From NCBI GenBank assembly GCA_040954595.2, contig CM082583.2:2737060-2801059 (forward strand): 64,000 nucleotides of DNA. Direction: 5' to 3'. The notes beneath the pieces are model-generated. The model was not told the origin of the DNA and ran no database searches. It saw only the letters and a list, made by a program, of their open reading frames with translations. Each line of letters opens with the position of its first letter. Within the stretch, counting starts at the first letter, position 1. The position numbers and the translations under genes were made by a program. This DNA comes from Balanoglossus misakiensis (taxonomy: Eukaryota; Animalia; Hemichordata). Positions 63,701 through 64,000 of the stretch are shown in pieces.

Positions 63701-63716
63701 TGCGCTTGGGCCCTAA
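30776..63716. mobile_element. 33-kb array of 22 same-orientation, nested non-autonomous Helentrons (HINEs)
   Basis: Left termini at 30776, 32192, 33620, 35040, 36575, 38002, 39425, 40908, 42500, 43934, 45044, 46252, 46324, 49400, 50826, 52258, 53691, 55334, 56763, 59201, 60687, 62110. 19 right-terminal hairpins, many stacked (36421-36575 x3, 42340-42500 x3, 46146-46252 x2, 55121-55334 x4, 63557-63716 x3). Confidence 0.92.
57007..58200. repeat. Expanded ~237-bp internal subrepeat in the unit starting at 56763
   Basis: TATTGGTTCGCCTG recurs at 57007, 57244, 57481, 57718, 57955, 58193 (6 copies versus 2 in sister units). Confidence 0.9.
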
Positions 63717-63723
63717 AAAAGTT

Positions 63724-63999
63724 CTACCAGTCCTTTTTGTTGATACCAGTGGGTGAAAGGGTACCAAGTGATTTAATAATTTTCAGTTCCAGTTGCTTTC
63801 TTATTTTGTCGTGTCTCGAATATACCTTGCACAGACCAGTGAATTGGAAATGGTGAATGTTGTGATCAGGTTCATGGAAGTGATGAGCGACTAGAGTGTC
63901 TTTGTGTGTACGGATACTGTAAAGGTGTTCGTTGATTCTGATACGGAGTTCCCGTTTTGTTTCCCCGATGTAAAATTTGTCGCATTTGATACAGACGAT
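63724..63999 (-). CDS. Penelope-like element GIY-YIG endonuclease C-terminus (ORF extends beyond window)
   Basis: Hand translation: IVCIKCDKFYIGETKRELRIRINEHLYSIR..VAHHF..DH..KQLELKIIKSLGTLSPTGINKKDW*. Has CxxC, YIGET, R..EH, HF..H, E and PxGIN motifs of PLE endonucleases. Absent from the ORF track because the start lies outside the window. Confidence 0.9.
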   Translation of the reverse strand: MVCIKCDKFYIGETKRELRIRINEHLYSIRTHKDTLVAHHFHEPDHNIHHFQFTGLCKVYSRHDKIRKQLELKIIKSLGTLSPTGINKKDW

Positions 64000-64000
64000 G

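Noticed and set aside
30776-63716. Recurrent 60-130 aa ORFs (MALHFGPILPN..., MDINRHVTK..., MQISDLRNY..., MTFDLLHP...)
   Set aside because: They recur only because the DNA is repeated. They are broken by indels in sister units and show no recognisable domains.
30776-63716. Simple tandem satellite or collapsed-assembly artefact
   Set aside because: Units belong to several diverged subfamilies in non-periodic order with consistent nesting and a filled/empty site pair. Long-read confirmation is still desirable.

Overview
Eukaryotic, animal genomic DNA, probably a marine invertebrate (inferred from exon structure, domain content and TE families). (1) 1-13939: the right part of an autonomous Helentron/Helitron2 (Rep-PIF1 helicase-AP endonuclease ORF). 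A Kolobok-type MITE and three non-autonomous ~1.4-1.7 kb relatives (HINEs) are inserted in it, the HINEs just inside its terminal hairpin. (2) 14026->30149: 17 phase-compatible exons (~1204 aa, incomplete) of a secreted mosaic protein: signal peptide, EGF-like, FN3 x2, kringle, PAN-like, PLAT-like, furin site, C-type lectin, DNRLRE/CBM96-like, TSP1 x2. Its introns hold a truncated RTE-X-like LINE, two AcademH-like MITEs and a foldback element. (3) 30776-63716: a 33-kb array of 22 HINE units inserted a few bases after the stop codon of a Penelope-like element (GIY-YIG at the right edge, hammerhead-bearing 3' region at the left). The main observation is that the arrays are not simple tandem satellites. 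They are recursively self-nested transposons: new copies land mainly in the (GAAA)n tract before an older copy's terminal hairpin, and the displaced hairpins stack up like closing brackets that can be matched to their owners. All counts and alignments were done by eye.
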